Assembly (NCBI GenBank): GCA_963846645.1
Contig: CAWJWR010000009.1
Location: 57,072-121,071 of the forward strand
Direction: 5' to 3'
From: an uncultured Alphaproteobacteria bacterium
Lineage (GTDB): Bacteria > Pseudomonadota > Alphaproteobacteria > Sphingomonadales > Sphingomonadaceae
DNA length: 64,000 nucleotides
How positions within the stretch are numbered: position 1 is the first letter of the stretch; each line of letters opens with the position of its first letter. Below are positions 20,708 through 32,885 of the stretch, piece by piece. The notes below the pieces were generated by a model that saw nothing but the letters and a program-made list of their open reading frames with translations, was not told the origin of the DNA and ran no database searches. The position numbers and the translations under genes are program-made.

Positions 20708-21505
20708 CTAGCGCCAGCTTGCCCTAACCTGAAAGGCCATGACGGCGGCGGCAATCGCCGCGTTGAGACTGTCCGCTCGCCCGGCCATCGGGATCTTCAC
20801 CAGCAGGTCACACGCCTCCTCATACGATTGGGGTAGTCCCTGCTGCTCGTTCCCGATGAGCAGGAAGCACGGAGCGGCATATTCCACTCCGAGATAATCG
20901 TGATCTGTCTGGAGGCTGGTTCCGACCAGCTGGCCGGGGCCGCTGCGCAGCCAGGGTAGAAACTCTTCCCATGAGGCTTTCGCTACCTGCTGGGTGAAGA
21001 TGGCGCCCATCGAGGCCCGGACGGCTTCGACGGAGTAGGGATCGGCACTGTCGTCGATGAGGATCAGTCCGCCCGCGCCAGCGGCGTCCCCGGTTCGCAG
21101 GATCGTGCCGATATTGCCGGGGTCGCGAAGGGCCTGGGCGACGAACCAGATCGGCGCGGCGTCGCGATCAATGGCGTCCAGCGCCGTGTCGGGCTGGCCA
21201 TAGGCGGCCAGCAGCATCTGTGGATTGTCCTTGCCCGACGTCTTCGAAAGGATGTCCGGCGTTGTCTCGATCGCGTCGCCGCCGGCTGCTTCCGTCGCGG
21301 CGATGATGTCCGCCGCTAGCGGATGTCGCGCGCCTTCGGCCGAGAACATGATGATTTCCGGAAGCCGGCCGCTGTCCCGCGCCTCGGTGATGATCCGGAG
21401 CCCCTCGGCGAGGAACAGGCCTTCTTGCTTGCGCGCCTTCTTGTCGCGAAGGGAGCGCAGGCGTTTGACCGTCGTGTTGGAAAAGGCGGTGATCTCGCGG
21501 GGCAT
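20708..21505 (-). CDS. TrmH/SpoU family RNA 2'-O-methyltransferase
   Basis: SPOUT C-terminal motifs (LLIGNEQQGLP...IPMAGRADSLNAAIAAAV) plus N-terminal substrate-binding domain. Confidence 0.8.
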   Translation of the reverse strand: MPREITAFSNTTVKRLRSLRDKKARKQEGLFLAEGLRIITEARDSGRLPEIIMFSAEGARHPLAADIIAATEAAGGDAIETTPDILSKTSGKDNPQMLLAAYGQPDTALDAIDRDAAPIWFVAQALRDPGNIGTILRTGDAAGAGGLILIDDSADPYSVEAVRASMGAIFTQQVAKASWEEFLPWLRSGPGQLVGTSLQTDHDYLGVEYAAPCFLLIGNEQQGLPQSYEEACDLLVKIPMAGRADSLNAAIAAAVMAFQVRASWR

Positions 21506-21514
21506 CAGGCGGCC

Positions 21515-21787
21515 CTATTCCTCGCCAAATCGCTCCTCGACAAGCGTCGCGAGTTTTTCGAGAGCGCCCTCGGCGTCGATTCCGGAGACGTGGATGACGA
21601 TGGAGTCGCCCTTCGCCGCGCCGAGCATCATCAGTCCCATGATGGACGTGCCGCAGACCTTGTTGCCATCCTTTTCGACCTCAACACTGGCGTCCAGGCC
21701 GCTGGCAAGATTGACGAATTTCGCGCTGGCGCGGGCGTGCAGTCCCCGCTGATTGGTAATCTGGATCTCGCGCCTAAGCGCGTTCAA
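21515..21787 (-). CDS. HPr family phosphocarrier protein
   Basis: ITNQRGLHARASAKFV (active-site His) and regulatory Ser region (GTSIMGLM). Confidence 0.85.
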   Translation of the reverse strand: MNALRREIQITNQRGLHARASAKFVNLASGLDASVEVEKDGNKVCGTSIMGLMMLGAAKGDSIVIHVSGIDAEGALEKLATLVEERFGEE

Positions 21788-22191
21788 GCGGCCGCTTCCC
21801 CGAGGATCTCAGACGCCACCGAGATGTATTTGCGCCCGGCTTCCCGCGCCGCGGCGACGGCTGCGTGAACGCCCATGACCTTACGGGCACCCTCCAGCCT
21901 GATGAGCATCGGCAGGTTCACGCCCGCGATGACCTCGATGTTCTCGCTCTTCATCAGCGAGATGGCGAGGTTCGACGGCGTTCCGCCGAACAGATCGGTG
22001 AGAATGATCACGCCCTTGCCGCGGTCGACGGCGGCGATCGCATTGGCGATGTCCTGCCGCCGCGCTTCCATGTCGTCCTCCGGGCCGATGCAGATGGCCT
22101 CGATCGCCTCCTGCGGTCCTACGACATGTTCCATGGCGACCACGAATTCAGCCGCGAGGCGGCCATGGGTCACCAGTACCAATCCAATCAT
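21784..22191 (-). CDS. PTS EIIA component, mannose family (ManX-like)
   Basis: [16 protein letters not shown] (His phosphorylation site)...ILTDLFGGTP. Start codon overlaps the rapZ stop. Confidence 0.8.
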   Translation of the reverse strand: MIGLVLVTHGRLAAEFVVAMEHVVGPQEAIEAICIGPEDDMEARRQDIANAIAAVDRGKGVIILTDLFGGTPSNLAISLMKSENIEVIAGVNLPMLIRLEGARKVMGVHAAVAAAREAGRKYISVASEILGEAAA

Positions 22192-23103
22192 TCTTTCAAC
22201 TCACTTCCGAAATCGCCGCCGGATACATCGGCTGCGGCGTGCCCCGGATCTTCCTCAATCGTGTCGCTCGGCTGCGAGGAGAGGTCACGGTGGCGGACAT
22301 TTGGCGAAAAACCGGCGTCACGCAACCGTTGGGCAATCTCCTCCGCAGCGCAGACCGAACGATGCCGCCCCCCTGTGCAGCCGAAGGCCACGGTCACGTA
22401 ATTCTTGCCGGCGGCCCAGTAGCGGGGAATCCAGTCGGTGAGAAGCGCCTCCAGCCGGCCCATGGCGTCGGTCCAGGCGGCGTCCTTTTCGAGATGCTCG
22501 CGAACGGGTTGGTCCATGCCGGTCATTGGACGAAGATTCTCCACCCAGTGAGGATTATCCAAAAAACGCATGTCGAACATCAGGTCTGCTGTCCGGGAGA
22601 CGCCGCGAGCGTATCCAAATGAGACAATCGTCAGTACCGGCTCGTCGGTATCGGCCTGGTAACGGCGGCGGAGTTCGTCGCGGAGCTCGGTCGGCGTAAG
22701 GTCGGTCGTGTCGATGATGCTCTCGGCGGCCGCCCTCAGCGGAGCGGTCATGTCGCGCTCACGGGCGATTCCGTCCTCGGCGGGACGATCGGCGGCGAGC
22801 GGATGCCTCCGGCGAGTCTCGTTGTACCGCCGCATCAGCTCGGTGCCGGCGCAGTCGAGATAGAGGATTTCGCCCCGCACGCCCTGGATCGAATGGATGA
22901 GCGCGGGAAGCGCCGCCGCATCGAAGCCCCGGCTCCGCACGTCCATTCCCACCGCAGCAGGCACGAGCCTGCACTGGGTCGATCTCGTCCCCGTGGACGA
23001 AGCTGTTGAGCAGCGAGACCGGCAGATTGTCGACGCAGTCCCAGCCCATGTCCTCAAGTGCATCGAGAACGCTGGACTTTCCGGCACCTGACATGCCGGT
23101 CAC
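22188..23103 (-). CDS. rapZ: RNase adapter protein RapZ (YhbJ-like P-loop NTPase); apparent frameshift ~22950
   Basis: Walker [14 protein letters not shown] (frame 22759..23103). C-terminal domain [10 protein letters not shown] (frame 22188..23087). Confidence 0.8.
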
Positions 23104-23150
23104 GAGAAGGAGGCGAGGGGGACTACGGCGAGACGGACACCGCCCCGTTG

Positions 23151-23591
23151 TTAGAACTTCAGTCCGAGCCGGTCGAGAGCCAGTGCGACCTTGGATGCGG
23201 CGGACGCAGTCTGGGCATCGACGCTGATCAGCGGCAGGTTCACGCCGAGCACCGGGCGTTCGCGCCGATCGTCCGGTAGGCGAACGATTTCGCTGGTCAG
23301 TTCGACGTAGAGTGCGACGGGCACGTCGGTCACCGTCTCCATCTCGACGATTCCGACGCCCCGGATTTCTAGCTTGCCCTTGATGGTCGGAGGAGCACTT
23401 GCGATGAGGCGGTTTCCGTCGCGGCGGACGATCGTCTGGTCGTCGCTGACGAGGGTGAAGCCGCGGTCCAGCAGACGCAGCGCCAAGTCGGATTTTCCGG
23501 AGCCGGACGGCCCCGAGATCAGCACTGCCCGGCCGTCAACTGCGACGGTGCTTGCGTGCGCGGTCTCCGAAGAGAGAATTCGAGTGCTCAT
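23151..23591 (-). CDS. hprK: HPr kinase/phosphorylase, short alphaproteobacterial form (C-terminal catalytic domain only)
   Basis: Walker [15 protein letters not shown] and capping motif [12 protein letters not shown] in a 146 aa product. Confidence 0.8.
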   Translation of the reverse strand: MSTRILSSETAHASTVAVDGRAVLISGPSGSGKSDLALRLLDRGFTLVSDDQTIVRRDGNRLIASAPPTIKGKLEIRGVGIVEMETVTDVPVALYVELTSEIVRLPDDRRERPVLGVNLPLISVDAQTASAASKVALALDRLGLKF

Positions 23592-25128
23592 AATGCCTCC
23601 GCTGCGGGCAGCCGGATGGTGAAACGTGCGCCGGATGGCGCGTCATCGCGGTCCTGCACGTCAATTTCCCCGTCATGCCCTTCGACGATCGCCCGGGCGA
23701 TGGCCAGGCCGAGACCCGTGTGCCGCCCGAAGTGCTCGCTTTCAGGCCTTACTGAGTGAAACCTGTTAAAAATGGCTTCCCGCAACTCTTCCGGAACGCC
23801 GGGACCTTCATCGTCGACTCGAATGAGAACGGTATCGCCGACGCGCGTCGCCACGACTTCGACGAGACCGCCAGGCGGCGAGAAACTGATGGCATTGTCG
23901 ATGATATTGTCGATTGCCCGGGCGAGGCGGCTGGCATCGCCCAGCACGATCGCCGAATCCTTGCGAGGACGGGCGAAAGCGATTCTCGCATCGCCCTTTT
24001 CGCGCCGATTCTCCCAGGAGTTGACGAGTTGCTCGATCAACGGGCCGAGATCGACCGGCTCGAACTTCATCCGGGCGAGCTCGGCATCGGTTCTCGCGGC
24101 TTCTCCGATATCGCCGATAAGTCGGTCGAGCCGAATGACGTCATCCTTCGCGACCGCCAGCAGTTTCGACTTGAGGTCCGGATCTTGAACCCTGTCGAGA
24201 CCATCGAGCGCCGAACGCAGCGACGCGAGCGGATTCTTCAGCTCGTGGGTCACGTCGGCGGCGAAATGCTCGATGTTGTCGATCCGCTGGCGCAGCGACT
24301 GGCTCATGTCCGATATCGACCGAGCCAGGAGTCCGATCTCGTCGCTTCGTGAAGGCAGGCGCGGCACCTTGACCTCGCGAGCGCGTCCGAGCCGCACGCG
24401 ATGGGCCGCGAGCGCGAGCCGGCGGAGAGGCCGGGCAATGGTCCTCGCGAGGAAGAGAGAGAGGAGAATCGACAGCAGGACGGCGGCGCCCATCGCCACG
24501 AACAGGGAACGCCGCTGGCTCCGCACGATGCGCGTGAAATCGCGGTCGTTCGTGGTCAGCAGGACGACGCCCGACTCCATCGGCACTGCCGCCGAAAAGA
24601 TCGGCGTCAGGTCCGGTGCGTTGCGCGACTTGGTTGCAATTTTCCCGTTCTTGAGTGCCTGGAGACCTTCCGGCCATGAGGATAGCCGGTCGTCTGCCGG
24701 TTCGGCGAAATCGTCCAACGGTTTCGCGCCAACGAGGGCGTTGAATGCGCGATCGACCGCGCGCGCTGCGTCTTTCTGCCATCTCTGTTCCGCGGGATTG
24801 CGCAAGCGATAGGTCGGGCCGGTCAGCTCCCAGCTGTCGAGAATGCGCACTCCATCCGGCGCCGTAGACCCGCACCCTGCTGTCGCTTGCTCTCGCAAGC
24901 GTCTCAAGGATTGCAGGACGGGATTGCGTTGGGGTCTTCGCAAGGACGTCGGCGCTCATTCTGGCTTCCCGCCGAATGAGATTCACGCGCTCTTCGCTGA
25001 GCTGATTGCGAAAGGCGTCGAGGTAGAGGACGCCGCAAGGCGAGCAGGACGATCGTCAGCAGGTTCACCGCCAGGATGCGGTGCGCCAGCGGCAACTGGC
25101 CGAACCAGGCGGTCCGTTTCCTATTCAT
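23588..25128 (-). CDS. chvG: sensor histidine kinase ChvG/ExoS family; apparent frameshift(s) in the periplasmic domain (~24850-24950)
   Basis: N-terminal TM ([24 protein letters not shown], frame 24904..25191). HAMP, H-box ([15 protein letters not shown]) and ATPase N/G boxes ([11 protein letters not shown]...[11 protein letters not shown]) in frame 23588..24943. Start codon is 2 nt from the chvI stop. Confidence 0.8.
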
Positions 25129-25832
25129 CCTGGAACTTGTAACCCACGCCGTAGAGCGTCTCGATGGCGTCGAACTCCGGATCGACCGCACGGAACTTGC
25201 GGCGCATCCGCTTGATGTGACTGTCGATCGTTCGATCGTCGACGTACACGTCGTCCTGATAGGCGATGTCGAGAAGCTGGTTGCGCGTCTTCACGACGCC
25301 GGGGCGCTGCGCCAACGCTTCGAGGATCAGGAATTCGGTGACCGTCAAAGTGACGTCACGCCCGCCCCAGATCACCTTGTGGCGGGCGGGGTCCATGACC
25401 AGCCGGCCGCGGTCGAGCAACACCGGCTCCGGCTCCGGCTCGCTGCTGATTCGTCGAGCCCTTGGCCAGTTCCTGGCGGCGAAGGAGCGCCCGGATCCGC
25501 GCAATCAGCAGGCGCTGGGAGAAAGGCTTGGCGATATAATCGTCCGCGCCCATGGCGAGGCCGAGCGCCTCGTCCAGCTCGTCGTCCTTCGACGTCAGGA
25601 AGATGACCGGCATGGCGCTGAACTCGCGCACGCGGCGCAGCAGCTCCATCCCGTCCATGTGCGGCATCTTGATGTCGAACACGCCCAGGTCGGGTTGCTT
25701 GTCTGCGAAAGCTTTCAACGCCGCCGTCGGATCGGTGTAGACCCGGGTGACGAAGCCTTCCGCCTGCAAGGCGATGGAGACGGACGTCAGGATGTTGCGG
25801 TCGTCGTCGACCAGCGCGATCTCGTTGTTCAT
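25121..25832 (-). CDS. chvI: OmpR-family response regulator ChvI; apparent frameshift ~25440
   Basis: Receiver ([27 protein letters not shown]...[13 protein letters not shown], frame 25356..26315). winged-helix C-terminus (...[26 protein letters not shown]...[11 protein letters not shown] 25121..25504). Confidence 0.85.
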
Positions 25833-25943
25833 GCGCCTGAGTTCTGGTCCCGCAACCTTCGTCGCGGAACGGCTTAGCACCGTGCCGGAGTGACACAAGG
25901 CGGAGCCGGGTCGCTTTGACGAGGCAACCCCTCTGGCGGCTAT

Positions 25944-26000
25944 ATGCGTCCTACGCATACGTATGCGGCGGCAGGCCAGAACCGGTCGCCGCCGCATACT
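25944..26000. promoter_or_regulatory. nested palindromes in the chvI-pckA divergent control region / pckA leader
   Basis: ATGCG-tccta-CGCAT, then 14-bp perfect palindrome CGCATACGTATGCG, then GTATGCGGCGGC-N15-GCCGCCGCATAC. All lie within 80 bp upstream of the proposed pckA TTG start. Confidence 0.4.
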
Positions 26001-26024
26001 GCATTTTGGAAAGGGGAGTTTGAG

Positions 26025-27635
<1,611 letters not shown>

Positions 27636-27680
27636 TTGCCCGGTCATCAGGATCGGGCCCTCAATTCAGGACCCGATCCC

Positions 27681-28130
27681 ATGACCGACCATTCGCCACG
27701 ACTTTTCACGACCGACGCCGAGATCGAGCATCTCGGCGAAGGCCTTCTCGCATGCACTGCGACCCGCGAGGAGTGGACGCACGAGGCGCATCTGGCGGCG
27801 ACGACATATCTGTTGCTCTGCCGGCCCGACATCGACCTCGACGTCGAGCTTCCGGACATCATCCGCCGCTTCAACGAAAGCGTCGGCGGGGTGAACAGCG
27901 ACACCGAAGGCTATCACGAGACGATCACGCGCTGCTTCCTCGACGGAGTACGCGTCTTCCTCAAGGATACGGACGGCGACGCTCCACTCCACGACGAGCG
28001 TGAACCAGTTGCTGCTGTCGCCGATGGGTCGCCGCGACTGGCCGCTGCGCTTCTACAGCCGCGAGCGACTGTTCTCCGTCGAGGCTCGACTGACGCACGT
28101 GGCGCCCGACCTCGAGAGGGCGTCGGTTGA
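27681..28130 (+). CDS. hypothetical protein; a possible frameshift near 28000 would extend it to ~28300
   Basis: ORF 27636..28130 with internal ATG at 27681. No domain recognised. A second frame (28000..28302) continues without a stop. Confidence 0.3.
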   Translation: MTDHSPRLFTTDAEIEHLGEGLLACTATREEWTHEAHLAATTYLLLCRPDIDLDVELPDIIRRFNESVGGVNSDTEGYHETITRCFLDGVRVFLKDTDGDAPLHDEREPVAAVADGSPRLAAALLQPRATVLRRGSTDARGARPREGVG

Positions 28131-28317
28131 TCAGCGGTCGCTAACCCAAGGTCCCGGTGTCGCCCTCGTTCATTCTCGGCCCATGGCAAATCGGTCGAAC
28201 AGGGAAAACATTGGCCGGCCCCCGCTTGCGGCAGGCCGAACTAGCTTTTGGCGACAAGCGGAGGAGTTTTCGGCACTCAGGAGTCAGGACCGGCGGGGCT
28301 GACGGGAGGGAAGACCA

Positions 28318-28585
28318 ATGGTCGAGATGACCAATTACGACCCGATCACTATGAGACACTGGCCTGCAAGGGCGGCCAACAGCGAGGAGATCGCCAAGGC
28401 GTTCGCGAAGGAACTGGGCCTGATTCCGCTTCGCCCCTTCGAGTAACCTTGCCGAAGTCAGCGTTGCTTATGAAGCTCTTCGAGATCCCGTGAAACGCAC
28501 GGCCTACGACGCCTCGCTCTCACCTCGGCCTCAGTCGGCGTCATCCGCTGATCGGGCGTCTGGAGCGCACCTCGTTCGAAGATGA
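28318..28585 (+). pseudogene. degenerate J-domain (DnaJ-like) segment spread over three frames; no HPD motif
   Basis: Frame fragments DHYETLA..., ...SEEIAKAFAKELGL..., ...AEVSVAYEALRDPVKRTAYDASL match J-domain helices I, II and IV. GGGAGGG RBS before the first ATG. Locally AT-ending codon usage. Confidence 0.35.
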
Positions 28586-28627
28586 GATCGCAGGCCAAGA
28601 CGCGCGAAACCAAACGACGGCCGAGCG

Positions 28628-29368
28628 ATGACCGCCGGAGATGTTCAATCAGACGCGACGCGCCGCGGCGCTACAGCGCCATCCTTAGCCGCATTTTCGC
28701 GTGAGCCAGCGAAGCCACGCGTCGAGGAAAGACAGCCGATACACAGGTTGAAACTGACGGATCGGCATCGCGCGGACCGAATCGAATGGCATGAACTGGA
28801 GCGGCAGGCACGCGTCGATCGCTCGTTGCGTCCCGACGTGGGTGGGCTCCTCATCAATACCGCAGTCGCGGGCGCCCTGCTGCTCGCAATCGTCCTTGGG
28901 GCCTGGACGGGGTTGGAATCAGGGAACGACAACGAACAAGCGCAGCGCGATACGGTCGCGGAGCTACCTCTTTCATTGGCCACAACACCTCCGACCGTGG
29001 AAGCTTTGCAGGACCCCGCTCCAGCGTCCAGCAGAGAGGCGGCGCGGCCTGAGCGTCCGGCGCTGGCTCAGCCGATCGCTGCCGGGATCGATGCCACCCG
29101 CCCGCCACTCCAGATCGAACTGCCCGCCGAGACTTCGGCCGATTCCGCACCAATCGATCAACAGGCTGCATCCGGCGAACTTGTCGCGGAGGCTCCGGCA
29201 GAAGTTGCTGCGGCGGCGCAGTCCGCGAAGCTGCCATTATCCAATGCGGTAATTGCGCGTACGATCGGCCGCATCGGTTACGAGTGCGGACAAGTCGCTT
29301 CCACAACCCCGGTCGAAGGTGAAGCGGCTGGGACCTTCAAGGTGACTTGCACGTCAGGGCATTCCTGA
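28628..29368 (+). CDS. hypothetical single-pass membrane protein with Pro/Ala-rich periplasmic region; possibly the C-terminal part of one frameshifted J-domain membrane protein
   Basis: Basic cytoplasmic N-terminus, TM helix LINTAVAGALLLAIVLGAWTG, low-complexity linker, conserved-looking C-terminus with 2 Cys (IGYECGQ...FKVTCTSG). Confidence 0.45.
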   Translation: MTAGDVQSDATRRGATAPSLAAFSREPAKPRVEERQPIHRLKLTDRHRADRIEWHELERQARVDRSLRPDVGGLLINTAVAGALLLAIVLGAWTGLESGNDNEQAQRDTVAELPLSLATTPPTVEALQDPAPASSREAARPERPALAQPIAAGIDATRPPLQIELPAETSADSAPIDQQAASGELVAEAPAEVAAAAQSAKLPLSNAVIARTIGRIGYECGQVASTTPVEGEAAGTFKVTCTSGHS

Positions 29369-29471
29369 CCGAGCTGCGCCGGTGCGAGGACGCTATCACT
29401 TCCGCCGTTTGGAGCAACCGATAGAAACGACCAAGGCTTCCGGAATTGGCGGAAGATTTGGACCGTCAGCC

Positions 29472-31341
29472 TTAAGCCAGCGCAGCTCTCACATATTCGT
29501 CGACGTTCTTGGCGAGCACGTCCATCGGGACGTTGCCGCCGATGAGCACGGCGTCGTTGAACGCCTTGATGTCGTAGCGCGGGCCGAGCGCCGCTTGCGC
29601 CTTGTCCCGCTGGCGGTTGATTTCGCTGTGGCCGACCTTGTAGCCGCAGGCCTGGCCGGGCCAGCTGCAATAGCGGTCGACTTCGCTGCGCGACTTCCTC
29701 CGCCTTCGATCCGATTTCGTTGACGAAGAAGGCGACGGCCTGCTCGCGGCTCCAGCGCTTGGCGTGAAGGCCGGTGTCGACCACCAGGCGGCAGGCGCGG
29801 AAGGCGATGCCCTGGAGGTAGCCGAGACGGCCCGCGGGGAAGTCGTCGTACACGCCGAACTCGTCCGCGAGTTGCTGCGCGTAGAGCGCCCAGCCTTCGG
29901 AATAGGCGCCGAACGACAGCAGGGTGCGGATCAGCGGCAGCTTGTTGGCATATTCGCCCTGCCAGACGTGGCCGGGAATGGCCTCGTGGTGGGTGAGGTC
30001 GGGCAGGTCGAACTTGTTGTGCAGCGACGGTCGTGTGCAGGTTGATCCAGAACTTGCCGGGGATGGTGCCGTCGATCGAGCCGGCCCCGCCGTAGGCGCC
30101 GGGCGCGCCGGGTTCTTCTTCCGGCGGTAGGCGGCGAACTTCGAGATTGCCCTTCACCAACGTGTTGAACATCTGCGGAAGCTTGGTGCGGATGATGCGC
30201 GACGCGTTCCTGGATGTAGGCCATGATCTCGGCGCGGCCCTTGTCGCCGTCCGAGAATTTGTAGCGCGGGTCCTTGCCCAGCGCCTGCATGCGCTCGCCG
30301 ACCGAGCCCTTGGTGTAGCCGAGGCTCTTGCAGGATCGGGTCCATGCGGCCCTGCAGCTCGCGGAGTTCGTTGAGGCCCATCTGGTGGACCTCGTCGGGG
30401 CTCATGGTCGTGGTGGTCGAGGCCTTGAGCGCCCAGGCGTAATAGTCGTCGCCGCCGGGCTGAGCCCACATTCCGGGTGCGCTCTTCGCTTGCGCGCGCT
30501 GGGCGGTGAGTTCGGCGATCTGGCGTTCGAGCGCAGGCACCACGTCTTGCTGGACGATGGCGCGGGCGCGCTCCGCCCAATTGCCAGGGATGTTCTTTTC
30601 GCGCGTGCGGCGTTCGAGGGATTCGACTAGTCCGCCGCCCTTGCGTGCGCCGTCGACGCTCTGCTTCATTTGGCCGAGAGCCTTGTCGAGCAGGAAGTCC
30701 GGCGGGACCAGGCCCTTGGCACGGGCAGCAGCGACGCGCGCCAGCTCGCCATCGAGCTGCCTCGGATAGGTTTGAAGGCGCGAAAGATAGGCCTCCGCGT
30801 CCGCCGCGTCGTTGATCTGATGTTCGGAGTCGAGGAAGCGCGGCACGTCGAGATAGGCGCCGACGTTCTGGATCACGACGTAGGGCGTGTTGCGCCAGCC
30901 GCCGACGGCGACGTCGCCATAGGGGAGGGCGAAGCCTTCGAGGGCCGTCGTGTAGGCGCTCTTCACCACTTCGACGCTGGTGCGCGTCGAATGGTCGAGC
31001 GCGGCCGTGTCGATGGCGTTGACCCGGGCGAGATCGGCACGGATCGTCTCCGCAACACGCTGCTGGCCAGCGGCCGAGCGGTCGGCGAGCTGGGAACGGA
31101 GCGCGGCATGCTCGCCCTTGTCGATACCTAGCGACGTCGCGCTTTCCGGCGAGAGTCGGAGCAAGTTCTCGGCGATCGAGTCGAGAATTGCCGACGCATT
31201 TGGTGCGGGCGCGACGGTTGCAGGTGGAGCAAGCGCCGTTTCTGGCGCAACGGCCTTCGAACAGGCGGAGATCAGGGGATAAGCGGCACTCGCCGACAAG
31301 GCTGCAACCGCCTGGCGGCGGCTCAGAAACAGTTCGGACAA
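29472..31341 (-). CDS. DUF885 family protein with Tat-like signal; about 3-4 apparent frameshifts
   Basis: N-terminus MSELFLSRRQAVAALSASAAYP (ORF 30154..31341). DUF885 blocks continue in ORFs 29931..30290 and 29278..29853. C-terminus ...KNVDEYVRAALA is recovered by removing one extra C near 29650. Confidence 0.7.
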
Positions 31342-31809
31342 AACTCTACTCCGTCAGATTCGGTAAGCTGGCGATCCGGTTCGACGAAAAGGCAATTGCC
31401 ATCAACCCCGGTTATACGAACGCGCTCGCCAGGACGACCGGGGCCACCGCGCGCACTCCATTCGCTGTCGCCGAGGCGGACCCGGCCCGAATGCTCGTCG
31501 ACCGCTTCGATGACCGTCACGCTCTTGCCGACGAGCCGGGCGCTGCGGTCGTTGAGGAGCGGGTCGCTGCTTTCGGTGCTCGCGCTCGGCGTAAGCGCGC
31601 CGCCCGATCATCACCGCCACGACGGCGTATAGCGCGAACAGGGTCAGCTGGGCGGGCAGACCGAGGTCGAAGAGCAGGGTGAAGACACCGGCCGCGAGCG
31701 CCGCCGCGCCGATGAACACCAGGAAGAAACCTGGCGCGATGACTTCCGCGATCAGCAGCAGGATGCCGCCGATCATCCACAGCCAGCCGGGCTCCAGATT
31801 GTCCGGCAT
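31323..31809 (-). CDS. NfeD family membrane protein (stomatin-operon partner); apparent frameshift ~31560
   Basis: TM N-terminus MPDNLEPGWLWMIGGILLLIAEVIAPGFFLVFIG (frame 31402..31938). C-terminal OB-fold VTVIEAVDEHSGRVRLGDSEWSARG (ORF 31323..31520). Confidence 0.7.
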
Positions 31810-31811
31810 CA

Positions 31812-32821
31812 GCCTTCGATCCTCGGCGCGCCTGGGACACCGGCGTCGGACCGACGCGAGCTGTGACATTGGGCTTGGGCCGCTGAGGCGGCTTCGGCGC
31901 ATCGTCCCCACCGAAGACTTCGCGCGCAAGCTCACCAATGCCGCCGAGCGTGCCCATCAGCTGCGTGGCCTCCACCGGGAAGAGGATGGTCTTCGCATTC
32001 GGCGATGTCGCGAACATGCCAAGCGCCTCGACATATTTCTGGGCGACGAAGTAGTTGATCGCCTGGGCATTGCCGCCGGCGATGGCTTCCGAAACCAAAG
32101 TGGTCGCCTTGGCCTCTGCTTCCGCCGCGCGCTCGCGGGCTTCGGCCTCGCGGAAGGCGGCTTCTCGCAAGCCCTCGGCCTGCAGGATGTTGGCCTGCTT
32201 TTCGCCCTCGGCACGAAGGATCTCGGAAGCGCGCAGGCCTTCGGATTCGAGAATGGCGGCGCGCTTTTCGCGTTCCGCCTTCATCTGGCGGGTCATCGCA
32301 TCGACGATGTCGCGCGGGGGCCGGATGTCCTTGAGTTCGACGCGCGTGATCTTCACGCCCCACGGCTCGGTCGCGTGGTCCACGACGGCCAGCAGGCGCG
32401 CATTGATCTCATCGCGCTTCGACAAAGTCTCGTCGAGGTCCATCGAGCCCATGACCGTGCGCAGATTGGTGGTCGATAGGGCCATCAGCGCCGAGGTAGA
32501 GGTCGCTGACCTCGTAAGCCGCCTTGGCGGGATCCATCACCTGGAAAAAGACGACGCCGTCGACCGCGACCATCGCATTGTCCTTGGTGATGATCTCCTG
32601 GCCGGGGATGTCGACGCACCTGCTCCATCATGTTGATCTTGTGACCGACGCGATAGAAGAAGGGCGGGACGAAGTTGAAGCCCGGGTTGGGCGACGCGAA
32701 CGAAGCGGCCGAAGTGCTCGATCGTGTAACGATAGCCCTGGTGGACGATCTTCACGCCGATCATGACGTAAAGCAGGGCCAGGACCGCAACCGCGATCAT
32801 GAACGTCGTCAGCATCTCCAT
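31812..32821 (-). CDS. SPFH/band-7 (stomatin/paraslipin-like) protein; 2 apparent frameshifts; 3' end uncertain
   Basis: N-terminus MEMLTTFMIAVAVLALLYVMIGVKIVHQGYRYTIEHFGRF (ORF 32537..32821). SPFH core and coiled coil (ALSTTNLRTVMGSMDLDETLSKRDEIN...) in ORF 31517..32485. Confidence 0.7.
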
Positions 32822-32885
32822 CTCCCCCTTGCATCGCTTTGATGCATATTGCTGTCAGCAGAAGCGGAACGAAAGGAAAATCGGA

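Noticed and set aside
25944-26024. ATG at 25944 as the pckA start.
   Set aside because: It would add 27 residues translated through the palindromic control region. Alignment with PckA N-termini and an RBS favour the TTG at 26025.
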